DNA from: Chitinivibrionales bacterium
Lineage (GTDB): Bacteria > Fibrobacterota > Chitinivibrionia > Chitinivibrionales > WJKA01
DNA: 64,000 bases
Assembly: GCA_038247415.1 (NCBI GenBank)
Contig: JBBRUX010000002.1
Span: 1 to 64,000, forward strand
Reading direction: 5' to 3'
Part shown: positions 50,055-59,250 of the stretch, piece by piece
Numbering within the stretch: the stretch's first letter is position 1
Layout of the letters: each line of letters starts with the position of its first letter
Made by a program: the position numbers and the translations under genes
Notes under the pieces: model-generated
Databases searched by the model: none
Told to the model about the DNA's origin: nothing
The model's input: the letters and a program-made list of their open reading frames with translations, nothing else

Positions 50055-51274
50055 GGCAACCAGCCCCTCGGATTAAGGGCATCGGTTGATCTGCGCACTT
50101 CAAAATGCAGAATCCCACTCGCCGAAAGCGTTCCCATGCTCTGATGAGCCGTCACTTTGGCATCACGCTCTACCTCTATTTTGTCCAGATGCGCATAAAT
50201 GGTTATAACATCACTATGGTCAATCATAACAAAATTGCCAAGCCCGCGCATAGACCCAACATACGCAACAACACCCGCTCCCGCTGCGCCAACAATGGCA
50301 CCCGCCGACGCCTTGATATCAATGCCATTATTCATGGTTATGGTATTATAAACAGGGTGTACCTTTTTCCCAAACTCTTCTATAACCGTTCCGCTAACCG
50401 GCCAGGCCAATAAACGAGCGGGCGAAACCTTTTCGACCACTTCGGTTTTTTTCTTGACAGTTTGTATATTCTGCTTTACAGAGGCCCGTTTACGAAGCAG
50501 TTGTGTTACTAGCGCACCAATCTGCTTTTCGGCCATTTCGAGCTGGGCTATTGAAGCGAGATACGCATCTTTTTCTGCCCTAATGTTAACAATTAGTTTT
50601 TCTCTACCCTTTTTTTGCTCCACCAAAGATTGCTGATGCGCAACTTTTACTACTTTATATCCATCCAATGTTTTTTTGCGATGCGAAACGGAATCTTTAC
50701 GTGCTACGATATCGCGCCGAGAACTATCTATCGCAAAAAGCATAGCCTGATCATACGCCGCAAGATCATTAAAATAGCGAACACGATTAAACAAATCGGT
50801 AACCGACGTTGATCGCGTGAGAAGATCGAAAATGCTTTTTTCTTCGAAATGAGGATAGCCGCTATTCTGATACATTGTTCTTAAACGTACCTTCATAATT
50901 TCTTGACGTTTAGCTAGCCTTTGCTCTGCAGAATGTACCGAATCGGATAATATACCAATATGAACACCCAGCGTATCGATAGCATGGGACAATGCAAAAA
51001 CATAGTTTGTGGTGGTAGTAAGATTGATATCGATCTGACCAAGCTGAGCAACTGAACTGCCTTCTCGAATCTTAAGATCGGCCAGCTTAGATTTACCAAG
51101 CTCAAGCGCTGTTTTGATAGAATCTAATTGACGATTGCGATCTTTGATTTTTCCTTCATACTCATCGGAGACGGTTTTTGAGCGCCCCGATTGCTTTTCA
51201 GCAGCATTCACGCAAAAAACCACAAGAAGACTTAGGATAAAAATTTGCGCACAGCGCCAAGACTTCCAATGCAC
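50051..51274 (-). CDS. envC: Murein hydrolase activator EnvC (coiled-coil plus M23/LytM)
   Basis: Long coiled coil; WPVSG, NNGIDI, YAHL and LHFEVR motifs; next to ftsX; GTG start inferred. Confidence 0.85.
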   Translation of the reverse strand: MHWKSWRCAQIFILSLLVVFCVNAAEKQSGRSKTVSDEYEGKIKDRNRQLDSIKTALELGKSKLADLKIREGSSVAQLGQIDINLTTTTNYVFALSHAIDTLGVHIGILSDSVHSAEQRLAKRQEIMKVRLRTMYQNSGYPHFEEKSIFDLLTRSTSVTDLFNRVRYFNDLAAYDQAMLFAIDSSRRDIVARKDSVSHRKKTLDGYKVVKVAHQQSLVEQKKGREKLIVNIRAEKDAYLASIAQLEMAEKQIGALVTQLLRKRASVKQNIQTVKKKTEVVEKVSPARLLAWPVSGTVIEEFGKKVHPVYNTITMNNGIDIKASAGAIVGAAGAGVVAYVGSMRGLGNFVMIDHSDVITIYAHLDKIEVERDAKVTAHQSMGTLSASGILHFEVRRSTDALNPRGWLP

Positions 51275-52086
51275 CCGGAAACGACCCCCACAGAAAGTAT
51301 GATTGTCGGAATTAAAAGACCACCCCACACCAGAGGAACACCCTGTAGTGCAAAGCGCACAATTACCAGAGCAATAAGAGCAACACAGGCCCCCAAGCAC
51401 CCTTGTACAATACCTTCCATTATAAAAGGGCCCCTAATAAAAAACCCCGTGGCCCCAACAAAGTGCATATTAATAACCAGTTCTTTGCGTCCATAAATAG
51501 TAAGTTTAATAGTATTAGCAATCATAAAAATGAGGATACAAAAAATGACTATTGCAATAATAATAATTGCTGAACCAAAGCTTTTATGCAATTTTTGTAG
51601 CCTATCGATGTAAGTTCGACTATACTGAACAGATTCGATATCAGGTGTTTCATTGAGGCTCTTGACAAGAGTATCGATAGCAGCAAGTGTTTTTCCCTGA
51701 GTGGTTACTACTACTTCCAAAGAGGCGGGAAAGGGGTTATTATCAACCGACGACAACATGCTTGTGCCATACATTGTAGCAAATCGATCCCATGCCATTT
51801 TTTTAGTGATTAATCGTACAGTGTCAACCCCTTGCAAAGTACGAACGTGCTTCAATGCTTGCTGGCTTAAAAGAGTATCGTCAGATGCTCGATCGTTGCA
51901 ATACAGCGTAATGGTGCCGGAATAGGATGCAATCGAAACCCATTTTTCTACCGTAAGATAGGCAGCACAACAGATCCCCAGAAAAAAAAGGGCAGAACCA
52001 ATAGTTCCAATTGACACAACCGTCAAAAGACGAGCACCAATAAGACCCCGAAAAGCTTCGGTAAGAAAGTAGATTACTGTTCGCAC
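51232..52086 (-). CDS. ftsX: Cell division permease FtsX
   Basis: NPFPAS, I.NTIKLTI..R..E...M..VGAT..FIRGPF..EG motifs. Confidence 0.92.
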   Translation of the reverse strand: MRTVIYFLTEAFRGLIGARLLTVVSIGTIGSALFFLGICCAAYLTVEKWVSIASYSGTITLYCNDRASDDTLLSQQALKHVRTLQGVDTVRLITKKMAWDRFATMYGTSMLSSVDNNPFPASLEVVVTTQGKTLAAIDTLVKSLNETPDIESVQYSRTYIDRLQKLHKSFGSAIIIIAIVIFCILIFMIANTIKLTIYGRKELVINMHFVGATGFFIRGPFIMEGIVQGCLGACVALIALVIVRFALQGVPLVWGGLLIPTIILSVGVVSGCIGSLGAVRKFLS

Positions 52087-52111
52087 GCGGAATTTCTTGT
52101 TAAGTACTTAT

Positions 52112-54250
52112 TTAAAATTCAGTATCGGTTCCTGTAAGTTGGCTTTGATTCCATAACTTAATAGAAAGAACCCCTGTTAGATTTGTCGAATACCCCACAT
52201 CTCCATCGTAAAGCCCCCCAAGTGTTGCACTACCCTTATATGCAGGGGAACATTGAAGGTCGATCGATGTTACTTCTATTACGCCAGTGGTGGTAGTAAA
52301 CGAACCAAAAAAGCCACCTTCTCGAGGAACTTTCAAATTTAATGTATAGGCCCTCTTCAAAGCTGTGTTTGCAAATGATATTTCCTTAATTCTGCTTACT
52401 GCCGGCCATGCAATACGGGATAACGTTGATCCCGATACGAGCGCAGGTGTGAAAATAATCGAATCTGCCCGTAGTATAATTTCCGCAGAATCCTGCACTT
52501 TACCATAGCCCCCAATCATCAAGGTCCCCAAACCTTTTGCATCAAAGGTACCTGTTGCTATTCGATACCCATTTTTTAATGTTGTAGAAAGCTCGAGTGA
52601 ATCGGATACAACACATCCACCATTGGTCTGTGGCGTTATGCTTCCATGATAATCAAACCCCAGCGCAAGGCGCGTTGGCGAAGAATAACGAATAGCTCCT
52701 GACACAAGATCTTTGATATAAATAATGCCTAAAGAGTCTTTGTTGGACCCAAGCCAAAAATAGCGTACGGTATCTCCTGCGGTACTTCTTGACCAAACGC
52801 TCGATTTTGAGCGAAAGAGTGGTTGAGCTCCACCATAAAAAAGGTTACACACAGAAGGCCCCGCATTAGGCGCTGTCATGTTCTGAAACTTTTGAGGAAT
52901 TGTTGGGGTATAATTCCACACCGCAGAATCCAGCGGAAGCGTATCTGCGGTGAGATATTTAAAATAGTCGGTACGCTTAAGTGAAGAACATACTATCTGA
53001 TTGGTATCCCACGTTGCATCATGCTTAACAGAAAAATAAATCCGGGAGCTGTCGTAGCCTTCTAAAAACTGATCTACCGCAGGATCTTTGGTACTATGCC
53101 GAACAAGGGTAGAAAGCAGCGCCGTCGAATCGGTTATCATCGAAACAACATATTCATTATAGTTTGTGCTCAGGCCATTTTCACGACGAGTGAGTGCTGT
53201 TAGCCGAGGTTTTGTAAGGCTTGTAATTTGTTGTGAATAATCGAGAAAAATAGGAACACTTATGCCCGATTGTGCAGAGCCAACTGTACCGTTTGTTAAT
53301 ACTCGAATAGTTTGCACACTATCGGTAAAAATATAAACAACCCCATCAATCTCAAGCGTACCATTTATTGTGCGAGCAGAATCTGCAAATACTACCGTCG
53401 ATACTGCGCTTCCTTTTTTGAGCGTATCGGCCATAGAAAATACGCGCGACCCTGCCAGTATAGTCCATGGTAATCCTGTTGTATCAATCTCGCGTGTCAC
53501 ATGTTGAACACGTTCTCCAAAACTTGGATCTACGCTTCGCACAACTTCTTGAGCTACATTTTTAAGTATACGCATGCTGCGTTGAGTAAACGATGTGGTC
53601 CCGCTTTTTTGTATGGTTTGCGTTTTAACAATAAGCGACAAAATACAGGCATTAACCGTAGTGTCGGATCCTGTATATATTTCGGTATCTGCAATAGCTG
53701 TGGATTGTGCCCCTAAAAGAGTTCTGATCCGCCACAGAGTATCGATGCGTACCCACGCGGATGCCAAGAGACCCGACTTTTTATAATGACCAACCATCGT
53801 ATCTTTTACGGTATTAAATACCGAATCGGCTTTTGTTATCGCATAGCGAAAACTAACGGTATCATCCGCATAGGCAGAATCTACCAGAGAATCTGTCAAG
53901 ATAGTGGAAAAGGGAGCATACCGATTCAGGCTCCCTTTTGATGAATCGACAAGAGCTTTATAAAAATTGATACATTCTGGTAGGGCCGGATTTAAAGGAA
54001 CAAGATTGGTACTTGGTAAATCGGAAACAACTCTATCAAAAGAAAATGTTTGAAGTGCATTCTTGATATCGCTTAAAACTTCTAAGGGTCGCAGAACCGA
54101 AAGTAGATCGGACACAACGGTAATACCGCGCTCTCCAAGTTGGGGCCGTAATGGTGGCTTTTCGGGATTTGCGCATGATACTAAAATTATGGCAGTAATA
54201 CTAACGGCACAGAGCTTTACGGCTCTGTAAGATCCCATTTTTTTTTGCAT
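52112..54250 (-). CDS. Large hypothetical lipoprotein
   Basis: Lipobox ILVSC; 712-aa Ser/Thr-rich beta-type sequence; no recognised motif. Confidence 0.65.
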   Translation of the reverse strand: MQKKMGSYRAVKLCAVSITAIILVSCANPEKPPLRPQLGERGITVVSDLLSVLRPLEVLSDIKNALQTFSFDRVVSDLPSTNLVPLNPALPECINFYKALVDSSKGSLNRYAPFSTILTDSLVDSAYADDTVSFRYAITKADSVFNTVKDTMVGHYKKSGLLASAWVRIDTLWRIRTLLGAQSTAIADTEIYTGSDTTVNACILSLIVKTQTIQKSGTTSFTQRSMRILKNVAQEVVRSVDPSFGERVQHVTREIDTTGLPWTILAGSRVFSMADTLKKGSAVSTVVFADSARTINGTLEIDGVVYIFTDSVQTIRVLTNGTVGSAQSGISVPIFLDYSQQITSLTKPRLTALTRRENGLSTNYNEYVVSMITDSTALLSTLVRHSTKDPAVDQFLEGYDSSRIYFSVKHDATWDTNQIVCSSLKRTDYFKYLTADTLPLDSAVWNYTPTIPQKFQNMTAPNAGPSVCNLFYGGAQPLFRSKSSVWSRSTAGDTVRYFWLGSNKDSLGIIYIKDLVSGAIRYSSPTRLALGFDYHGSITPQTNGGCVVSDSLELSTTLKNGYRIATGTFDAKGLGTLMIGGYGKVQDSAEIILRADSIIFTPALVSGSTLSRIAWPAVSRIKEISFANTALKRAYTLNLKVPREGGFFGSFTTTTGVIEVTSIDLQCSPAYKGSATLGGLYDGDVGYSTNLTGVLSIKLWNQSQLTGTDTEF

Positions 54251-54274
54251 ACCTATCCTTATTATACCGGTTAT

Positions 54275-56050
54275 TTACTGTATCGGAACAAATTGTTTAT
54301 TTGCTATTTTTAAAATTGCGGCAGCCTGATTTGCGCCATTTTTTCCCGAAAAGGAGACCCGGCCGGCAACACCCTGATAATCTCGTAAGGAAAGCAATGC
54401 GCGTGAGAGCTTTGCAGGATCAACTTTGCCCCCACCGTTACCCAAGGCTTCGGAAACAATCATCACGGCATCATAGCCCAAGGCAGCAATACGATCGGGG
54501 TCTTGTTTATATTTCGTTTTGTAAGCAGATTTAAATTCTTGCGCAGCGGGCGTTGTGGGCACAGGATAATCCGATGCAATAAGTGCATTATTAACATAAT
54601 CACCACCATTAGCCAGTACTTTAGGAGAATGCCACCCATTGGCCCCCAGCATTTGCGTGCGAATTTTATAATAATATGCCTGCGCTGCAAGCATTACTGC
54701 ATCTTCGGCTTCGGATGGGATAAAAAGCCCTCCAAGAGACATGGTTGTATCTGCCAAGTAAAGACTATCGGCTCTCCGTAGTTTTCCCGAAGGGCTCTTG
54801 CTCGTGCGTACATAAAACATCTGCGATCGAAGCGATTCGAATTGTGCCCTAAAATCGGTTGTTCCTTCTATATATGTTTCGGTTGCGATAATGGTTGCTC
54901 CTAAACGAAGTGCCTCTGCTTTAAAAGAATTGGCAAGTTCGGTACCGTAAGCGGATGATGGTGCAATAATTGCAAATTCCCGGATAGTAAGATTCTGTAT
55001 CGCATACCGCGCCAGTGAAGACCCTAGCGCCCCAAGTGTAGTGTTTACTAAAAAGACCGACGACGAAAGCTCAGCAATGCCATCGTCGGTTGCTGTTGGC
55101 GAAAGCATTACTGCATTATTGCCACACGCAAGAATTGATGCAGAAATTACCGCATCGGATGATAGCATTGGGCCAATAAGAATTTTAATACGATCCTTAT
55201 TGACAACTGCCAATGTCTGATTTGCGCACTCAAGCGGGGAGCTTTTGGTATCCCGTTCAATAATACGAAGCGGTATCGATCGTGTTGCATTGGCTTTTTC
55301 TAATCCAATCATTGCACCTTGCATAATAGATCTTCCAATGTCGTTATCAGCTCCGGTAAGTGGCGCCAAAAGGGCAAGGGGAATACTGCGCGAGGTATCT
55401 TCTTCAATAGTTTCAGGCATCGCCACAGCAGGCAGCTGATATCTCGATCGCGGATACCGTTGCTTAAAAAGCACGATCAAATCGTTCATTTTTTCAGTTT
55501 TGCCATTTTTTTCCTGCTTTAAAATATCGAAATAATCGATAATTTCTCGCATTAAACCATTGAGCGAACCATTATTACGAATACCATCAAAAACTGGCTG
55601 CATATACACATCATTACAAATTCCAAAGGTGCTCTTAACACAGAGGGAATCGAGGGCTGCACTTGCATGAGTGCCAAGTGCAAGCGAAAACGTATTCATT
55701 GCAAGCCCAGGATTTTTTTGCTGATATGCGGCATATCCTGCGCAATAATACATTCTCCCCATAAATGGCGAGGCTGCATATTTTTTCTTGTATAAATCAT
55801 AAAGCTTAAGAGTTGTTGCTCCGTCACCTTTACGAATAAGAGATTCACATAACAAAGGAATAAGTTGCTCGTTTGCAGGATGCTTTCCATTCGCACGCAC
55901 GAACTCAAAAATGGTAGCGGCTGCATCATCATAGCGGCTATCCCGATACATCTGTTGGGCTTTATTTAAAACATCGGTTGCATCTTGCGCGTAAACGGTC
56001 GCAATACTGCAACAGAGCAGCGCAACTCCGGTAATAACCTTACGAATCAT
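54275..56050 (-). CDS. LpoA-like / periplasmic binding protein type 1 with N-terminal TPR
   Basis: Signal peptide; TPR; LLAPLTG, IGP..S, AYG..LA..F and AALGYDA motifs. Confidence 0.75.
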   Translation of the reverse strand: MIRKVITGVALLCCSIATVYAQDATDVLNKAQQMYRDSRYDDAAATIFEFVRANGKHPANEQLIPLLCESLIRKGDGATTLKLYDLYKKKYAASPFMGRMYYCAGYAAYQQKNPGLAMNTFSLALGTHASAALDSLCVKSTFGICNDVYMQPVFDGIRNNGSLNGLMREIIDYFDILKQEKNGKTEKMNDLIVLFKQRYPRSRYQLPAVAMPETIEEDTSRSIPLALLAPLTGADNDIGRSIMQGAMIGLEKANATRSIPLRIIERDTKSSPLECANQTLAVVNKDRIKILIGPMLSSDAVISASILACGNNAVMLSPTATDDGIAELSSSVFLVNTTLGALGSSLARYAIQNLTIREFAIIAPSSAYGTELANSFKAEALRLGATIIATETYIEGTTDFRAQFESLRSQMFYVRTSKSPSGKLRRADSLYLADTTMSLGGLFIPSEAEDAVMLAAQAYYYKIRTQMLGANGWHSPKVLANGGDYVNNALIASDYPVPTTPAAQEFKSAYKTKYKQDPDRIAALGYDAVMIVSEALGNGGGKVDPAKLSRALLSLRDYQGVAGRVSFSGKNGANQAAAILKIANKQFVPIQ

Positions 56051-56054
56051 ATGC

Positions 56055-56543
56055 TTACTCCTGATAATAGGTACCAAATTCGAGAGTATCTCGTGAAGAT
56101 ATAAAATTTTGCAGCTCTACTGCATCGGAACTTTGCAACAGATCTCGTACTTCATACAATAAAAAGAGCGCCTCAGAAATGTAGAGAGTCTTTTTAGTAC
56201 GAAGCGCTAAAGCAAAAGCATCGGGATAGCGGCATACAATCCACTGAGTTGCTCCGCTTGGTGCCATAACCTCGATACGCGCGCCACCAAGAGCAGAAGA
56301 ACAATCAACAATTATTATTCTTTTAATCTGGATATCGGCAAGCAAACACAAGGTTTTTGCAAGATCAACCGAGAGTGAACCCTCTGCACACGTTTCCGAA
56401 AGAGCCATTGCTATTGCATTGATATCCAAAGGACTACACGTTATTTTCGCTTGTCGCAGTCCAATAGTTTCTCTCATCAAAATTAAAGGCATGCCATTTT
56501 GAACATCTAAGGAAAATTGTAGAATTTCTATAGGAACAAGCAT
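56055..56543 (-). CDS. Bifunctional nuclease (DUF151)-like protein, divergent
   Basis: P.ILMRE, AIAMAL and RYPDAFALALR...LYI pattern. Confidence 0.6.
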   Translation of the reverse strand: MLVPIEILQFSLDVQNGMPLILMRETIGLRQAKITCSPLDINAIAMALSETCAEGSLSVDLAKTLCLLADIQIKRIIIVDCSSALGGARIEVMAPSGATQWIVCRYPDAFALALRTKKTLYISEALFLLYEVRDLLQSSDAVELQNFISSRDTLEFGTYYQE

Positions 56544-56797
56544 AGATGTTTCCTGGATATCTTAACTCTAGTGCACGCGTTCTTAATACATTATTATAAT
56601 GCACATAAAAATAATCAATGGCTCTATTTTTGCCTTTTCTAAATACTCGATTGAAAATGAGAGTTGCCACTATTTAGGATCGATACAGCCCCCAATTTAT
56701 TTTCTACTACCAAGAGAAATACCAGATCCTTTGCTAAAACTCTCAGATTTGGCTATATATCTCAAATTTTCCCGATTCTTTTTAAAGGAGCTTTGTA

Positions 56798-57913
56798 ATG
56801 GTACGGGTAGGATTTGTTGGCTGGCGGGGTATGGTTGGATCGGTTCTCATGGAACGCATGGTAGCCGAAAAAGATTTTACTGGGTTTGAACCCGTTTTTT
56901 TCTCAACCTCAAATAGCGGTGGCGATGCTCCAACGTTTGCCGCAACCACAGGAAAACTTGCCGACGCCTACGATATAGCTCTCCTCTGTAAACTTGACAT
57001 TGTTGTAACGTGCCAAGGTGGGGATTATACCAATGCGGTATACGAAAAAGTTATGGCCGCAGGATTTAAAGGATATTGGATTGATGCTGCAAGTGCCCTT
57101 CGCATGCGCGACAATGCCATTATCGTGCTCGATCCTGTCAATCGCGCGCTTATCGATAATGGTTTGCATAGTGGCATTAACACCTATGTTGGCGGAAACT
57201 GTACCGTAAGCTTGATGCTCATGGCGCTTCAGGGCCTCTTTCAAGCCAATCTTATTGAATGGCTTTCTAGTATGACGTATCAGGCAGCTTCTGGTGCTGG
57301 TGCTAAAAACATGATTGAACTAGTGCGACAAATGAGCGTGCTCGTTGATGCATCAAAACCTATCTTAAACGATCCTTCTCAAAATGCGCTTGCCTTAGAT
57401 GCCTGTGTAACGGCAACGCTGCGCGATAGTTCGTTTCCAACCCAAAACTTTGGTGCTCCCCTTGCAGCCAGCTTAATCCCCTGGATCGACAAGGCTCTTG
57501 ACAATGGACAAACAAAAGAAGAGTGGAAAGGCATTGCCGAAACCAATAAAATTCTTGGTACGAAACAAATCATTCCGGTTGATGGAGAATGTGTACGCGT
57601 CAGTGCCATGCGTTGTCATAGTCAAGGGCTTACCATAAAGCTTACTAAAGATGTGCCGCTCGATGAAATCAATAGCATTATTGCCTCGGCAAATAAGTGG
57701 GTATCCGTAGTACCCAACACAAAAGAGGCTACGCTTGCCAAGCTTTCTCCTGCAGCAGTATCGGGTACCCTTACCGTACCAATAGGTCGTATGCGCAAAA
57801 TGAATATTGGCCCGCAGTATCTTACTGCCTTTACTGTTGGTGATCAGCTTTTATGGGGAGCTGCGGAACCAATTCGCAGAATACTTAACATTGTTCTCGA
57901 GCACAAAGGGTAA
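56798..57913 (+). CDS. asd: Aspartate-semialdehyde dehydrogenase
   Basis: [30 protein letters not shown] and [11 protein letters not shown] motifs. Confidence 0.97.
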   Translation: MVRVGFVGWRGMVGSVLMERMVAEKDFTGFEPVFFSTSNSGGDAPTFAATTGKLADAYDIALLCKLDIVVTCQGGDYTNAVYEKVMAAGFKGYWIDAASALRMRDNAIIVLDPVNRALIDNGLHSGINTYVGGNCTVSLMLMALQGLFQANLIEWLSSMTYQAASGAGAKNMIELVRQMSVLVDASKPILNDPSQNALALDACVTATLRDSSFPTQNFGAPLAASLIPWIDKALDNGQTKEEWKGIAETNKILGTKQIIPVDGECVRVSAMRCHSQGLTIKLTKDVPLDEINSIIASANKWVSVVPNTKEATLAKLSPAAVSGTLTVPIGRMRKMNIGPQYLTAFTVGDQLLWGAAEPIRRILNIVLEHKG

Positions 57914-57914
57914 T

Positions 57915-58361
57915 ATGAGCGCAATTGGCGTTAAGCGACTTCCTCACGGAGAAGGGATGCCACTTCCCCCCCGTGCAACGGCTCTTTCGGCAGGATTTGA
58001 TCTTGCAGCTGCAATCGAATCCGACATCACCATTGCGCCCAATCAAAGAACGATTGTTCCAACTGGCTTAACATTAGAAATACCAGCAGGATATGAAGTG
58101 CAAGTGAGATCTCGATCCGGGCTTGCCGCAAAGCACGGTGTTTTTGTGCTCAATTCCCCGGGAACTATCGATGCAGATTATCGAGGCGAAGTAAAAGTTA
58201 TTCTCTTTAATTCGGGCGATTGTCCTTTTGTTATTAAACGCGGCGACAGAATTGCTCAGGCCGTTCCTGCCACAGTTGCGATAGACATCATATTTAAGGA
58301 ATCATCCGAATTGACACAAACAGAACGCGGGATAGGGGGTTTCGGCTCCAGCGGGATTTAA
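57915..58361 (+). CDS. dut: dUTP diphosphatase
   Basis: [27 protein letters not shown] and RG.GGFGSSG motifs. Confidence 0.97.
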   Translation: MSAIGVKRLPHGEGMPLPPRATALSAGFDLAAAIESDITIAPNQRTIVPTGLTLEIPAGYEVQVRSRSGLAAKHGVFVLNSPGTIDADYRGEVKVILFNSGDCPFVIKRGDRIAQAVPATVAIDIIFKESSELTQTERGIGGFGSSGI

Positions 58362-58492
58362 ACTTCACTTTTATCAATGATCAAGGCTTTTCTCATGGAG
58401 ACCACATCTGCCGCAACACTTCCAGCTCTTTTTGTCGGCCATAGGTTCTTCTCTCTGCATTATGTTCAATTCGACTAACAAAGAAATACCTC

Positions 58493-59119
58493 ATGGAACT
58501 TAAAAAGCTTTTATCTTTTACAACCTTGTGGGGTGGCCTATCCGATACATCTCTGGACCAACTTACCACCATTGCCCTACCTAAAAACCTCAATCGTCAC
58601 GAAACACTTTTTCGCGAAAAAGACAAAGGCAGTGCTGTTTACATTCTCGGAAAAGGATCTATTGCTCTCACAAAAATTGGGGGCGAAGGAAAAGATGTTG
58701 CTATAAAAACAGTGGGCCCCGGAGAGGTTTTTGCCGAGGTAATTCTTTTTGAGCAAGATGTTTATCCTGTTACCGCAACAGCCCTTTGCGAATCGATTGT
58801 ATTTGTTTTACCAAAGAAGGATTTCCTCGCATTGCTTGCGAGCGAATCTTTTCGCAATGACTTCATTCGGTTTCTTATTCATAAACAACGCTACCTTACC
58901 GAGCGCTTGCGAAGTATCGCCTGTACCGATGTTCGCGAACGATTTTTATCCTACCTTAAAGACCATTACGCATCTCAAAAGCGTATTATTCCGGGATTAA
59001 CAAAAAAGGAATTCGCCGCAGCCATCCAAACCACCCCCGAAAGCCTATCTCGCCTTTTAACCAAACTAAAAGAAGAAAACGTTCTTGTTTGGAAAGGGAA
59101 TGGGATTAGTATTCTTTAG
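58493..59119 (+). CDS. Crp/Fnr-family transcriptional regulator
   Basis: cNMP domain (GEVFAE, YPVTA) plus HTH TTPESLSR. Confidence 0.92.
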   Translation: MELKKLLSFTTLWGGLSDTSLDQLTTIALPKNLNRHETLFREKDKGSAVYILGKGSIALTKIGGEGKDVAIKTVGPGEVFAEVILFEQDVYPVTATALCESIVFVLPKKDFLALLASESFRNDFIRFLIHKQRYLTERLRSIACTDVRERFLSYLKDHYASQKRIIPGLTKKEFAAAIQTTPESLSRLLTKLKEENVLVWKGNGISIL

Positions 59120-59250
59120 AAATTTGGTCGGGGGGCTTGCTAAGGAAAGCCATGGTTTTTGAATCGTTTATCATCCCATCGCAAAATGGGATTGATTTGT
59201 TTCTCTAGCCCAATGGTTGTGGGGATAGCGGGGGAATGGTTTACAAGCCC

